Source of the DNA: Ruditapes philippinarum
Lineage: Eukaryota
Assembly (NCBI RefSeq): GCF_026571515.1
Contig: NW_026852806.1
Span: 62,001-126,000 of the forward strand
Reading direction: 5' to 3'
DNA: 64,000 nucleotides
Each line of letters opens with the position of its first letter. Position 1 is the first letter of the stretch. The position numbers were made by a program, and so were the translations under genes. Positions 1 through 14,131 of this stretch are shown here, piece by piece. The notes beneath the pieces are model-generated. The model was not told the origin of the DNA, ran no database searches, and saw nothing but the letters and a program-made list of their open reading frames with translations.

Positions 1-642
1 TTATTAAATTACTTTACTAAGACGACTATTGGTTCCCTGAATTTTTCTAAAGCTCGGTTATGCATGTACAATGTTTATTACATTTTTTTTGGACAAGAAG
101 GGCTGAACATATTTTTTCGAGATTTATGCTCCATATGATGTAGGTCTAGCTTACAATATCTATGCAAAATACAGATCATAAGCTTGCTCTGTTGTGTTTT
201 GTTTTGATTTTTATGACCTAAAACTGAAAAGCCTTGTAACGCTTTTTATTCAGATCGGACTTCGAGTAACTCAAAAATATTAGCTCTCGGAATATTTTTT
301 TAATAATCTTGTGCAAATCTTTATAATTTAAATGCCCCAGCCGATCAATTTAAGAAATTCAAATTTTATGTTTTGAGATTTTTAGAACACAGTGGAGTTT
401 CTTGAAACTAGAAAAAAAACGAAAAAATTGTCACTGACATGTAAAATATACATGTACATCAATTCTTTCAAATGCTATTAAAGATTACAACATAACATAT
501 TATTTATTCGGCATAAAATGTCATAACATGCATAGCCATATCAACATATATTACACAAACATATAAAGTGCAAGTAAATGAACAAAGAAGTCGTTTGTAA
601 AAATATCTCTAACATTTTAACATTTTTGTATGTATGGCATAC

Positions 643-810
643 CTGAAGCTTGATATATAGGACCGTTATCACTCGTTTTGAACTGAACGTCCACCAGTAA
701 CGGCGTCTCATGGAGTCCGTGCAACACTATCTTTACAGTTTCTGTAGAATTCATATCCGGTAACAGATCTAACCAACCTGAGTTGAAGTCTGGCATTTTC
801 AACATTCCAT
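643..810 (-). CDS. Gene B exon 3
   Basis: ttaaag|AT...G|gtatgc; homologous to 52674-52841. Confidence 0.88.
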
Positions 811-3800
811 CTTTAAATATAAGAACTCATGACCTTTAAACTTACAGACTCCTTATGTCAGGACAGAATATTGAAGGAAAACTGTCATTGAATGTCGAGT
901 TTTAGCACTTTTCGTACTAATGCGTTTTCGTATGAAAGTGACGTGCAATTGAAGGTAGATTGTTTAAGTAGACGACAAATAAGGACGTCTTTTTGTTTTC
1001 ATAACTTTGACTTGACAGTCCACCAAATAGAAAAATGTTCATTATTTTCACTTATACAAAAAGAGTTAGAGGTATAAATCATACATAGAAACATACCTGG
1101 ACCCAATAAATAAATTGTGAGTTGGGCAGATTCTTCATAACCATCAAACATAAAGAATTTACATTTTTTACAAATGAATAATAAAAGTTGTACCTATATG
1201 ACTTATCAGTTTATGATTTAAAAACGTATGAGAAAAAAAGGAAATAATTTTATTAACTGACAGTAGCTGTGTATGCGTCACGATTATCCAATCAAAACTG
1301 ACGTTACAAAACGTGCAAAATTATATATCAAATATATTTATGAGCCCTTGATAAAGTACTGTTATGATGTAAATCAGATCAAATGAATTTAGTTATGAGT
1401 AATTTCAAGTTATTTTATTGAAAGAAAGGTTTGATCGATACTACTCGATCCGACTTCCCGATTGCTAAATTTAACAAATAAATTCCAAATATAATTAGAT
1501 TTTTACGTTTTATAAGTATTTACAAAGTAAAGATGACTTACGTGTCACGTGAAGTAAGCCAAAGAGTAATAATCGCCATAGCAATGACCTGAAACGGAAA
1601 ATGAAAATAAAGCATTTTATCGTTAAAAGTACCAGTTTCATTTACCTTAAGAATACATGTAACATAATGATTGCGGGAGATTTATGTTTATTCGGGACAT
1701 CATTAACATTTTACCTGTTTGATATTTACAATGTCTTGCATTGAATTTAGAACAGTCTATTTTAAGTTAAAGGGATTACGATATGTTAATACAAAAAGTA
1801 ATCTATCCACAGTATGGATCCTGGACAGACTGTACATTTGTGTAGGCTGGTCTGGCTCTATACTGGTGGAACATCATTTTGGTCCTTGCAGGTTAAGAGT
1901 TAAAGTTATTTATTGAGAGTAATCTTGAGTGCAAACAATGACATATAAAATATTTGAAAAATAAGATATATTTAATAATTGTCCAAACCGTCCCTTGTTT
2001 AACCTACATAATAATGAATGAGCCCTTGTCAGTGTTCTAGACAAGAGAAATAAATTAGCAAATGAGCATCATTGAGCAAAACATATGATTGTATACACAA
2101 ATCGAGCAACAGAATATGTCAATACTTAAAGAAATGACAAATTTAAAGCAAGATATAGTACACGTTATTTAAGATTGTAACACAATAAGACATTTTGTGA
2201 AATACAATTTGATGCGGTAGAAACAATGGACACAATAAGCAATATATGTGGCATTATGCTCATTTTTTACCGTCGAGCAGACATAAAGTAGCTGGTTAAT
2301 TCACAGGATTATAAATGGGGATTGAACAAAATTTGACAATATTTAGAATAAAAAACAGAATTGTCTAAAATATAAAAAAACTGCCTCACTAATTCTATAA
2401 ATTGAACATTACCGATACTTTCCAAAAGATATGTATAAAGTTATTGGTATCAAATTTAATTGAATTAATTGTAAGCGGAGACGAAAAAGCAGCTAAGCAA
2501 CAAGTTTCATAAGATTTAGTATAGACCAATAACTTGCTTAAAGTTGTCGGCAATAACTTCTAAAGTATTTATAAGACGGCCCTTCATTCATGATTGAGCG
2601 CCATGGAATGTATATTGTCTTTTAATCAAGTCGTATCTTTATTCCTTTCAATTGTTTAATTAATGTGCACTAACTGTACTACACATTAGCCAGCAAAACA
2701 AAATTTAATTGAGTAAAAGAATATGATTTTCAAAACGTCACTGAAATTGAGCATAGATATATTGTTTTTTTGGCTATCTTATATATTTTTTACATTAATA
2801 AACTCCTAATACTCGAGAAAAATGTTTTGTGATTATGGAAAACCTTTAAGTACATGAACTGATAATGAAATGAAATTATCTTCTTTAATATGAAAATCAG
2901 ACTGAAGTACAAACATAGCTTTTGTATCGATGCATCTAAAGTGCAACTACATAACTTGATTCCTTAAACTGATAATATAATGGCTAACTTTAATATAAAG
3001 TCATCAGAAATACGGGACATTCTTACTTGATTTTAACCAAAGCTGTTGGCCTAGACCAAATAGGACACGTACGTATTAGTATTTGTTCTTATACAATAGA
3101 TATCTTCATGAAGGCATTTTCCAAACAAATGGAAGCTAGCAAAATGTTATGCCTCTCTTTAATAGGCGATTCGTCAGATCCATCAAAATATAGACTTATT
3201 GCACTCATAAGCTGCACACGCAAAGTAATGGAAAGAGTAAAGTTCAAACACTTATACAATCATTTCTATATAAACAACTTAATATATCCTTTACAGTCTG
3301 GTTTTCTCCTTGGTCACTCTACAGTTGATCAGCTTATTTACATGTATCACAAAATCGGCGGCTCCTTTGATGAAAGACAATCCCTCTGCATGCCAATTTG
3401 CGACATTTCAAATGCATTAGTTTTGCCTATGTCATTACAACTAAAAGTTTCGTAATTTAATCTGCAGATATTGCTAATTTAAAGAACCTGTATGCTGTAA
3501 TTAAGGTTGTTAACACACAAAAGAGAAATTTCATAGAGACAAGAGACAATTTATTTTCAATCAAATAAGGCTTATAAGCCCATGATGACATAGTTACAGC
3601 ATATTTACATATTAACATTATATATTTATATAATTATGCTTCTAAAACATCGAAGACTATGTAAAATATGAACTGCAAACTTTTGTCCACATTATATGTA
3701 GCCATATATACATTCATTTCTTATTGAAAATTTTGACTTAGACTTTATAGAAAATAAATTTCTAATAACGTCCCTTTATAAACATGAAAAGTAGAATCGG

Positions 3801-6800
3801 TAATATCTTTACAAATAATGCTTTTTAGAACTTACAATATTGATAAATCTTCATTTAAGCATTATATTTATGTTTTAAAACCATTAAAAAAATGAGTTGC
3901 AGGATCATAAATGCAAATTATGGGATCAACGAGGGCCGTGGATCGGTGATGCGGCCATATCAGATCTCAGTGCATCAAACATTAAAATATTAATTGTTTA
4001 TTAACATATAATTATCGTTAAAAAAAGATATTGCCATAAACGACTGAAATCATTAATTTTGTATCGATGTAAATAATTCTATTTCGGCATTGATTAACAC
4101 ATTTTTGTTTTGTAAAATTCTCAACTGGGAAGGGCTTAATATAATGTTGTAAGAACTTGTTGCCCAAGCCATTTGTTTATGTTTTACTGTTCTATTTTTG
4201 ATGGTATATTTGCATGTATATAGGCAATTAAATATGGTTAAACTTAATATCTTTTGAAGATAGAATTCGAAACATTATAAAATAAATGTAGCTTTTGAGT
4301 CCTCCCCAAGAGAAACATCAAAACCCAAAACAGACAAATCAAAACGTCAGCCTATGTTACATTATTGTTTAATTACATGTTTATGGCACCCTAGACAGAA
4401 ACATCTAACTTGCAACGTGAAAAGTGTGAAAAGAGCTGCTTCAAGATATGTATGTAACAATAATGGTTTGCAAAACAGTGTCAGTCAGATGTTAGAAAAT
4501 CTTAACTGCCCCGCTCTCTCTTATCCTCACAATTCAGCATTGTATATGTTGATCATAACCATTTTATCCCAACTAGAAATTTGAACTTTCTGATTCCTGA
4601 TACCTCAGTCCCGTACTCATTACCACCCCATCTCCTACTTTCCTAAAACTGTTATTGGAATAATCATCCAAACCAGGTAAAATCGTGTCCCAGTCTAAAT
4701 ACCTTCCAAGGATAGACTGGTAACAACATCCCTTTTCTAGTCCCTTCAAGCACTCTTGCACTCTTTTATCTGTAAACTTGTATCTTTTTACAAGCATTTT
4801 ACTACTTTTAACATAGTTTTTGTGACAAGCGTCTCCAAGTTATATAGTCAGTCTTGATGGACCTTTCCAGTTTTTTGTAGCGGAACATTTAGCCACACCT
4901 TTTTCATTCGTTGCAAGGTCAACTGCTCACAAACAGTATCACAAACATAACCATGTGTTCTTTTGTGCAAACCAGGTTAACCAGTGCCTATGTATTATCT
5001 CAGAGTAGCAATTGGATAATAAGTTAGCCAATTTACATAAAACTGTAAACACTGGAAAGGTCCATTGCTCAGGAGTATCATGTAGATGTAGAAAATTACT
5101 AAAATGTAGCAACAACTACGTTCGGTCGTGATGCTTTTCAATTATAAAATATATATTGAACTTTTGCTACTTTATTACATTTTTTTACATTTAGCGCTAT
5201 TGTCGTCAGGTACCTGTAACAAGCACCTAACATGCTGTAAACCACTATTTAAACGTAATAAAACTCATGTTTGACGTTCCTAAAGAAGTAAATATTTAAT
5301 CATATCTAAGGCATTATGTGCGTTTTAGTATTTCACATTTATGGGGATATAAAATATAATCTAAAATGAAAATGTGATATCTATTTACATTGAAATGTTG
5401 TTAAAATGCACATTTGTCATACCGATTTTCATAAGAAAAAAGATTTTTTTTACATTTTCTATGCACATGAATGCTGCGACATTATACATAAATTATAATG
5501 TTATCAAACAATGTCATAAAGCAAACAATGATATACAGACTAGGGCAGGTAATAAATGGTAGTTTGCTCTTTCTTTTTTTTCTTCTTTTTTTCTTTTCCC
5601 TTTTGTGCATCCTTTTGTTAAATTTGCATAATATCTCTGTAATTAATTAAACTAGCAGTACGGTGACGAGGCCATGAAATATTTTCTTTTCTAGAAAATA
5701 TAAAGAACAGTTTTATTTAGTACTCAGATTGGAAGCAGCGTTGGATAATGAATATAATGCATTCTGCATAATCTCTTTAAAATATTCATGTTTTGCATAT
5801 GTCTGTAATCAAACAATAAAAGTTATAAAGACAAAGAAAGCGTCTGTTAGACTAGACTTTCATATGTGAGGTAACTAAACATTTTTTTCTTTTCTTCGTG
5901 CATTCTTTCATGCCTTCTAACGCAATTTCAATCAGGCTTTTTTTATTCATTCATCAATTAATTCACTCGCTCGCTCATTCATTCATTCATTCATTCAGGT
6001 CATTTATTCAGTCAGTAAGATCTTTAATCCTCCATTTATTATTCTGTTCGTACATTTCTTTAATTATTCATCCATTTGATATTTGCTTTTATGAATATAA
6101 TTATTTTATTGAACAAAAGGCAAATGCCTGTGAGTACATATATACAATCATATAATGCAAGGTTTTTTTACAAAATAATCAGTGGCAGTCCAATTCTATA
6201 TAAATCATCATAAATGTATTTAACCGTAAAAATATCAATCATCACTGCATGCAATCATTATCATTTTGCAAACTATAAGAGGCAATTGGTGAAACAACAA
6301 TATCAATCAATAAAATATAAATGCTTTTATGTAAATCTTCTCAAATTTTCAAACAGTTATACAACTATTATAGACATCGTCAATACGATTTTGAAGAATA
6401 CAGAAAGTATACGTGAGTATTCAACTTCGCACACGCATGCAAACACACACACACATACACACACGCGCGCACACGCATACAATAATATTATTTAATATAT
6501 CAAAATAGAGTCTTCCACAAAAGAAAAATGTAAAAATATACTATATTGTGGAGAAAAGTGACTCGCGTTTAATTTAAAACTATGCTACGGCGTTCAATGG
6601 CTTTAAATAAGTATATCGCAAGATTGGTATTTATTTGCTTTTGGTCGCTGGAAAGAAGTTCAACAAACTTTGGAATGTTCGGTCTTTTTCGAAAATATTG
6701 TTTTATATATCTAATTCTTAAATCTTTATATACTTCTATTCTAAAAGAAAATGAAATTCGTCTTCTAGTGTGTTACATAAGATACATTTGCGTTCATTTC

Positions 6801-9800
6801 TCGGAATCGGATGCGGTTTATGCCATCTACCGGTTTCTATATACAATCTGTGTGACGATAAACGAAATCTTGTTAAAGCAGCTCGGTAATATAGTGATAT
6901 TGACTTGTTCAAAGTACCGGAAAATTTATATGTGTCGGCCCTGGGTGACGCTTTAACTTCAGACATCCAGGTTTGAATAAAATTATCTTCGAGTCTTTGT
7001 TTGATTTCTGCTATAAAAATGTTTTCATTTCCTACTTCTTGCAATATCCATGCATGATTTAAGCCTAGATTTTCAAGAATTGTTCTTACAGACGTTGCCC
7101 AATTAGTATTTTCATTGTTTCGTTCAATATCTTCAAGCATCAAATTGTATGTTTGTTTAATCAGTTTCACGTTATCGCATTTAATTATCTTTAACCAGAA
7201 TTTTAAAACTTGTATTATTCTTTGTTGTTTTAAAGGCATTCTACCTAAATCGCCGTATACAAATTTAATCTGGGTTTGTAATTTTACCCCCAAAATATTT
7301 TTAAAAAATGTGTGTGTATATTTTCTATTTTATCAGCTTTATTCATGCCCCATATTTCACATCCATAACATAAAATAGGTTTAATTAACTTGTCAAACAA
7401 TTCAATTTTATGTTTGATATCTATATAAGTAAATTTCTGTAAGTATTGTTTCATTTTGAAAATAGCTTTTAATGCTTGACCTGACAATGCATCATATGTG
7501 TGTTCGAAAGATCCCCCACAAGAAAAAACTATACCAAGATATATAAATTTATTCACTATTTCAATTTCAGACCCATTATACATAACCCTAATATTTCTTG
7601 GTAATCGTCCACCCTTTCTGAAAATCATCACTTTTGTTTTATTAATATTTACGGTAAGTTTCCAACGTTCACAATAATCTTTAAAAATATCCATGCTTTT
7701 TTGTAAATCATCTAAACTTTCGGTTATTATCACAATATCGTCTGCGTATAAAAGAAATCCTTCACGTAAAAGTGTATCTTCAATATCGTTTACATAAATT
7801 GAGAAAAGAAAGGGAGATAAGCAATCACCTTGACGGACACCCAAAGAACATAAAAAGCTTTCACTCAATGTGTTGTTTTGAGCTTTCATCCTAGACTTCA
7901 CATTTTGATACATAGATCTTAAAACAGTAAGAATCTTCCCTCGGACACCAATATGAATCAGCTTTAACTAAATATTCTCTCGCACTAATAAGTCAAAAGC
8001 TTTGGTAAAATCTACAAAACATGCGTATATTTTTCTTATTTTCATTTTAAATATGATTAATTAATCCATGTAAAACAAAAACGTTGCCAATTGTGCCCAT
8101 ATGTGACCTAAAGCCTGTTTGTGATTCTATACACACTTGATATTTTTCCGCCCATTTATTTAATCTATTATTCATAACTCTGGTAAAAAGTTTACCCATA
8201 GTACTCAAAAGAGTTATTCCCCTGTAAATTAGGGTCCCCTTTTTTAAATAGCGGAATAATAAAACCTCCCGACCATACAGAAGGAAATGACCAGTGTTCA
8301 GTAACTTATTGAATAACGCTTGTATGTATATGACAAAATAATCGATACCGTATTTAAAAAATTCATTTATGTAAAGATCTGGTCCTCCTTATGAGTTTAA
8401 CTGTTTTATTTTATTTTATTATATATATATATTTTTTTTTTTTTTGTTATTTCATTCATTTTACTTATTTTCATAAAATTTTTAATAATTTTTGTAACAG
8501 TAAACTATTGTGTTGTGAGCAAATAAAGTAAACAACGCATTGCAAACGGCATTTAAAATCCACGTAGGTCAAAATATGCGAAAAAAGCCCTTGTAATTAT
8601 TACGTAAGACACGTCACATACAAGTAGTAGAAATATGATAACTACTTGGAAGTCGGTCATGAATCGCAAGAAACATGTAAATTATAAGTTGTATTCTTGA
8701 ATCTTTTTACTTTTCTTAAAATCCCAGTACATTTTTATTAAGTTTGATTTTCTTGGAATAGTTTGGCTCATCTAGAGGTACGATGCTTTAAAGAATAACA
8801 GATATTTATACGTATTAACCAGCTTGATATTGCTTGCTTTACTTAAATAATTCGCTTTTATAAATACATTAACAGGATTTAAATATCTGCCGTGTGATGC
8901 GGTTCGAACCAGGATATACGTCTCGAGGCTTGCCCATGTGCGGGTACCTGAGGGACGGATGTTTTAGTAAGAACCGCAGATATATTTCTTGTATATTCTA
9001 CCAGTTTTAACACATTTTAAATGCTTTACTTCAATAAATCAATTTTTTCAAGGAAATGAAGTTCTTTTCATCCATGTAAGCGTATGAAAATACAACCTCA
9101 TTCATAACGGTGAAATACTATCATCTCAGACACATTTTCATTTTTGAATGCAATAATGATGTCATTTCAACGCAGTTCATTGTATTTCATTTTTTAAAAT
9201 TGCTAAAGTTGAATAATTTTGAAATATGACAGTCAGTTTGATTCTAATTGCATAGCTCTCGATCTTTCTTATATACAGTCTTAACTGTGATATATTCTAG
9301 TGTAGGTGTTTTAGTCAAAGGATTGCATTGTGAATAGGATAAAGTAAAACATTAACAGACAAAATATGGCATTGATAAGTAAAATGTATCAAATGTTTCA
9401 GCAAAGTATATACCATACCATAAAAAGGATACATTTTAACCCATCCGCTCATGACAAACCTTAAAAAGCAGGCCCTCCATCACAAATACATTCGGCACCA
9501 CATTGGTTAAAAAATGCCATATGACTAAAAGTCCTAATTTTCTGCCAAACTCTTATTCTTAAACCTTCTTTGTGACTTTTATCGTGTTATAACATTATAA
9601 GCGATGTATCATTCTAAATAATATTTGTGTCCGGTAAAAACTTGGTGGATTAATTGAAATATAACATTAAATGGGAGATAAGGGGTTCTGACGTCTGTTT
9701 GCCATACAAAGCTGTAAATACAAAAATAAAAAAGCAGGCAACATGTTCTAAAAGTATAACTAGAAACAACCGTAGATAACATTTCAAACTGAAAGGTCGA

Positions 9801-10350
9801 AAGAAATAGCACAATACGGCCATCATACAATAAACACTATCAATTGATAATGTGACATTAAAACAGTCAAAAGAGGAAAAACCTAGATGTTATGTGACAC
9901 GAAAAAGTATTGTGACCGGGAATAGATAGATATCTTTAAAAAGATCTTTAAATGAAAGATATTAAACAAAAGTTTTACGAATTTGCTTGAAATATTTANN
10001 NNNNNNNNNNNNNNNNNNNNNNNNNNNNNNNNNNNNNNNNNNNNNNNNNNNNNNNNNNNNNNNNNNNNNNNNNNNNNNNNNNNNNNNNNNNNNNNNNNNN
10101 NNNNNNNNNNNNNNNNNNNNNNNNNNNNNNNNNNNNNNNNNNNNNNNNNNNNNNNNNNNNNNACATATATCAATTTATTGGTAAAAAATCTCGTCTAGAT
10201 GTCTTTTAAATATCTATTGTAACAAAGAATAATGAAAAGGCAGTCATTCAATAAAAACATAAAATGCATATTTAGGTGAAAAACAACAAGAAATTATGCA
10301 AGGAAAAGGCTTGAACCAATAAATATAAAAAAAAGAAATCTCACTTACAT
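643..10350 (-). CDS. Gene B: 5' end of a tandem paralog of gene A (exons 10349-10350, 1542-1588, 643-810); continues beyond the window start
   Basis: Spliced product MSLLWRLLLFGLLHVTHGMLKMPDFNSGW...IYQASG; exon lengths 47 and 168 match gene A; 39/55 aa identical in exon 3. Confidence 0.85.
1542..1588 (-). CDS. Gene B exon 2, signal peptide
   Basis: tttcag|G...C|gtaagt; homologous to 53705-53751. Confidence 0.82.
2900..3455 (+). mobile_element. Degenerate LINE reverse-transcriptase fragment
   Basis: YRLIALISC..KVMERV, QSGF..GHSTVDQL, CDISNA resemble RT domains 1-3. Confidence 0.8.
4350..4800 (+). mobile_element. Degenerate 3' end of a LINE ORF2
   Basis: WHP...VKRAASRYVCNN...SVSQMLENLN resembles the post-RT W.P...VQRRAARFV...SV..ML..L motif. 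Confidence 0.6.
5945..6012. repeat. (ATTC)n microsatellite
   Basis: Read directly. Confidence 0.8.
6430..6480. repeat. (CA)n/(CG)n microsatellite
   Basis: Read directly. Confidence 0.85.
6490..8390 (-). mobile_element. 5'-truncated, frameshifted LINE (RT plus C-terminal Cys/His region)
   Basis: GVRQGDCLSPFLF, LLYADD, YLG, RFRLSSHRLYIETGRW...C..C...EDEFHFLLE; frameshift near 7290; CA-rich tract beside the 3' end. Confidence 0.92.
8892..9190 (+). mobile_element. Degenerate non-autonomous DNA element related to 61828-62195
   Basis: Shared blocks gcggttcg...tat.cgtc.cgagg, ttcttg.atattctacca and tcataacggt.aaat. Confidence 0.65.
9999..10162. other. Assembly gap
   Basis: Run of N. Confidence 1.
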
Positions 10351-10594
10351 ATTGAGTATTCCGATGCTTGTTTCTAGTCTATGAACGGCCGAGAGTGTTC
10401 CTGGATGTATAACTTTAAATTTTATTGTCCGCTGACGTAAAACAAGCAGATTATATTTGAATAAAGTATTATTAATTTTGAATTGGAATATAACGCTTCA
10501 ATGGTGTAACCAAGCCTCCTATAAACTATGTATAACAGCACCAGATCAATACATCACGACCAAGCAGCACACAGTTTGTGGTTGTTATTTTTTC

Positions 10595-10645
<51 letters not shown>
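10595..10645. repeat. (TAT)n microsatellite upstream of gene B exon 1
   Basis: Read directly. Confidence 0.95.
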
Positions 10646-10647
<2 letters not shown>

Positions 10648-12869
10648 GTATAATGTGTCCTTCAATGTGATAGATACAAACTAATTGCGTCAAATTAATG
10701 AAATAGATGTCACGCATGCTTGATACTGATCAAGTTTATGTTTTTACAGTTTTTACAAATACTTGTTTGCACGACAAACAAAACGCCGCGAGATCGCAAA
10801 AACATCTGATATTTTTGATGATATGGATACGGAGTTCTTACGGCAATCATGGCGTTGTTACGGAGCTTCCACGGCGTTGTAATGATTACATATGCAAATC
10901 AAAGCATAGAATGCGCTGAGTTTGTTTGGGTCTCAGAATGTCAGAAAGGTGAAGGTTGTGAGATAATAAACCAATTTGTTTTTGTATAGTGCCACCAATG
11001 CTGTTACCAGTGTTATAACTGTAGTAAATTGACTATTAGGCTAATTGCAACACTGATATTCAAGTCAATGATTATTTGGCTTGAAAAATTAAAAAAAACA
11101 AGAGTTGCTTTTTCTGGGCTTTGAGCCCCTGAACGAGCGTGTAACCTCTTAACCACGGGGAATTTATAAGATAACAGCCTGAAGAATATCATATTATTCT
11201 TAATTAGAGTTTGTAACCCTTATTAATTTCAAGATATTTTGTTAACGGTAAACCTTCTGTTTAACACTGATGTAAATAATCATGGAGCTTAATATAAGCA
11301 TGTATATATGTGAAGAATTACACAATATTAGAAATCTTCGACCATTTTGGAACTATTTTTCTTCCCTGAAAAGGCTTAAAAAATTAATGCGCCTGTCATT
11401 TGATAATCTTTACATTGTGACTTCCCAATTTTTCGACTTTAGCTTACTTATAAAGGGAAGTAACCGCTTCTAAGAGTTCGGACTACTTTAGGTTATTGCA
11501 AATAAGTATATCAGGGTCTGAAATTTCGCTACCATTATTTATTTGGTCTGATGACCCAAACAAATAAAAACCTTTCAATGACTTTCCATTTAAAGCGTTT
11601 CCTTGATGTAACTTTGTTTCCTTCTCCAGCAAGAAATACTATTTATCTGATTTAATTAGGTTCAGGTCTTAAATAAACACTTTAGCCAATCACATATAGA
11701 GAATATTAAATGAGTGAGTTCAATAAAATCACCATTGAACCTGTACGAATACAATATTCTATTTATCACATACTCAAAATAAAGACTGATTAAAGTGAAA
11801 AAGAATAATTTTCCATTTAAGCGCTTATAGTGTAACGCAAACATTTAACGCGTCTTTACACTATGCTTGTATAACTCAAATAACGTCGCGTCAAAATTCA
11901 TGCACGGCCGTGCAATACTATATTTACTATATTTTACGTACCTAAATAGGAAAAGTTTTCCTATTGAGGTACGTAAAACATATTGACAGATAGCCGACCC
12001 ATCTGTACTTCAGTACTTTGATTTTCAGCTTCGCACTAGTCACGTGGTGAAGTGTCCTAATAACTGGTAAGACTATAATATATCTATCATTATTACACAA
12101 ATATTTCTTTGTATTTCTATCAACATTTTCCGATGGCAGAAAAAAACGTCCGTTTTATAAAACATCACATTGTTTGTTATATGACATCTTTTGTTAATTT
12201 TCATATTCACCAGAAACAAAAAGCTCAAAACCATATAATATTCTTACTTAGAACATTTGGAAATATGCAAAGCAGAACCGTGAACGACAACAAAAAAATT
12301 CATAAATTATTACAAAAAACTTTTCCGCTGTAACAAGCTATTTATTAACAAAAGATATTCATAATTTATTGCATTTGTATTGTTGTAATTTAAACGGATT
12401 TGATAAATGTAATTTTCAAACTTTGTTTGTTGAAATGAAATTGAAAAGCAGTATTTCAAAAGCTTGTCTGGATTATTCAAATCCGCCTATTTTTTAATAA
12501 TTGGACGTTGATCATCACTTGTATTTTATTATAAATTGCGAAAGTCAATGTTGCCAGGTGAAAGAAACCTATTATTACTTAATTGAAATTTGAAAACATT
12601 GAGCACATATACATTTATGGTGTTGTTTTTTTAAACTGGTTTGATCTTTACGACTTATTATCTCATAACTTGTAATTAAAATAAAAAGAAAAAATATGCA
12701 TGTAATAATAATAATTCACGTTTATAATGCCGCTTTTCAGTGGATAATCGTGACGTTGATAAGTTATAAAGATTTTTGACAAGTTACATTGCCGTATATT
12801 AACGTTTTATAAATATAATTTTTGCGGCGTTCTTGACAATTTATTTTTTGTAAATACCCTAAATGCATC

Positions 12870-13057
12870 AGTTACGTAACTAGTTAACCACTTACCTAAC
12901 TAATTAATTAAGAGGTTAACTAGTTATGTAACTACCTAACTAATTAACCTCTTAACTAACTAGTTAATTAAGAGGTTTACTAGGTACGTTACTAGTTAAT
13001 CTCTTTATTAACTAGTTAGTAATATGGTTATCTGGTGGCACAAATATGCCACCATAG
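12870..13057. repeat. TAACTAGTTA/TTAATTAA palindrome cluster ending in hairpin TGGTGGCA-N6-TGCCACCA; probable end of a non-autonomous element
   Basis: Read directly; element class is inference. Confidence 0.6.
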
Positions 13058-13298
13058 GTACCTTAAGATTTTGGTCTCTTGAAGCTAGAGGTGAAAATAA
13101 AATTTGCATGATTCGGTCTCTTAATATGGCTTTATTGATAAACTATTTATTAAAAAGATACATCTGCTTTGTTTTTAAATTTCAACGACGAAGATAATGG
13201 AATCAATGAACCCGTAAACAAACAAAAGATAAAGAAAACTTCGAGGTATAGATTGATCCACATCCGATATATTTCTAGTTATTTCAGATAGAATTATC

Positions 13299-14131
13299 TT
13301 ACTACTTACTGGCGTTCGCTCTACACGATCACGCCAGTATCCGCGATGAAGGTTGTGGTCCGCCGCAGGTCCTCAACGTCTCCGTACAGCTTCTGCTGGA
13401 GTGTTGCACCTCGGGGCCACGTTGCTCCTCGCTCCTGGTCGTGACTTTTGCATCTTTGGAGGATATACTCTGTAGTCTGGTCCTCTTCTCCACAGGGACA
13501 TATGGGGGACGGCACCAGTTTGTACTTCCTGCACATGTGTGCATTCAGTCTGTTGTGTCCCGAGCGAAGCCTGACCATCACCACTTGTTCTGGTCGGTTT
13601 AGCATGTGGTAGGCATCCGCTTCCTGTCTTGTCTTGGTGAGAGCCTTGATGATGGTGGCTTTCTCTTTGTATGTCACCTGGTTATCTGGTTGCTCCAACT
13701 GGGCTCCTAACCTAGCAAGCTTGTCAGCCTCCTCATTTCCGGGCACTCCACAGTGAGATGGTATCCACTGAAGTGCAACATTACAGGACGACCCAAGCTT
13801 GTTCACGGCTTGCGCTAGTTCAGGGACATTGTTGTTTTGTAGGGCCTCCAGAACTGATCTTGCATCTGTGAGGAAGACTACAGAGGTGATCTCTTCTGGC
13901 GAGTTTTCTATCAAAAAGACTGCCTTCATGAGTGCCTCAGTCTCTGCTCTGTAATTGCTGCAGTGCTTCCAAGTGGCGATGTAATGGGCTGTTTTCTGGC
14001 CTGACGGGTACGTTATGTGAATACCACCGCCTCCATCCTTAACGGCTCTAGTGGCTGACCCATCTGTGTATACATGGGTCCATGTGTCCGAAGGAGAGTC
14101 TGCGTAGATAGCCGCAAGTGTCAGACTACAC
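13299..14131 (-). mobile_element. 5'-truncated RNase H-encoding LINE (I group, Ingi/Nimb-like) with 12-bp TSD
   Basis: VYTDGS...E...TDARS...WIPSHCGVPGNEEAD RNase H, a C-terminal Cys motif, short AGT-rich tail; TSD GATAGAATTATC at 13287-13298 and 14132-14143. Confidence 0.93.

Noticed and set aside
9883-10198. ORFs spanning N runs (also 55656-56231)
   Set aside because: Artefacts of assembly gaps.
10457-10717. Poly-Tyr/poly-Ile ORFs (also the poly-Thr ORF at 31587-31844)
   Set aside because: Translations of microsatellites.
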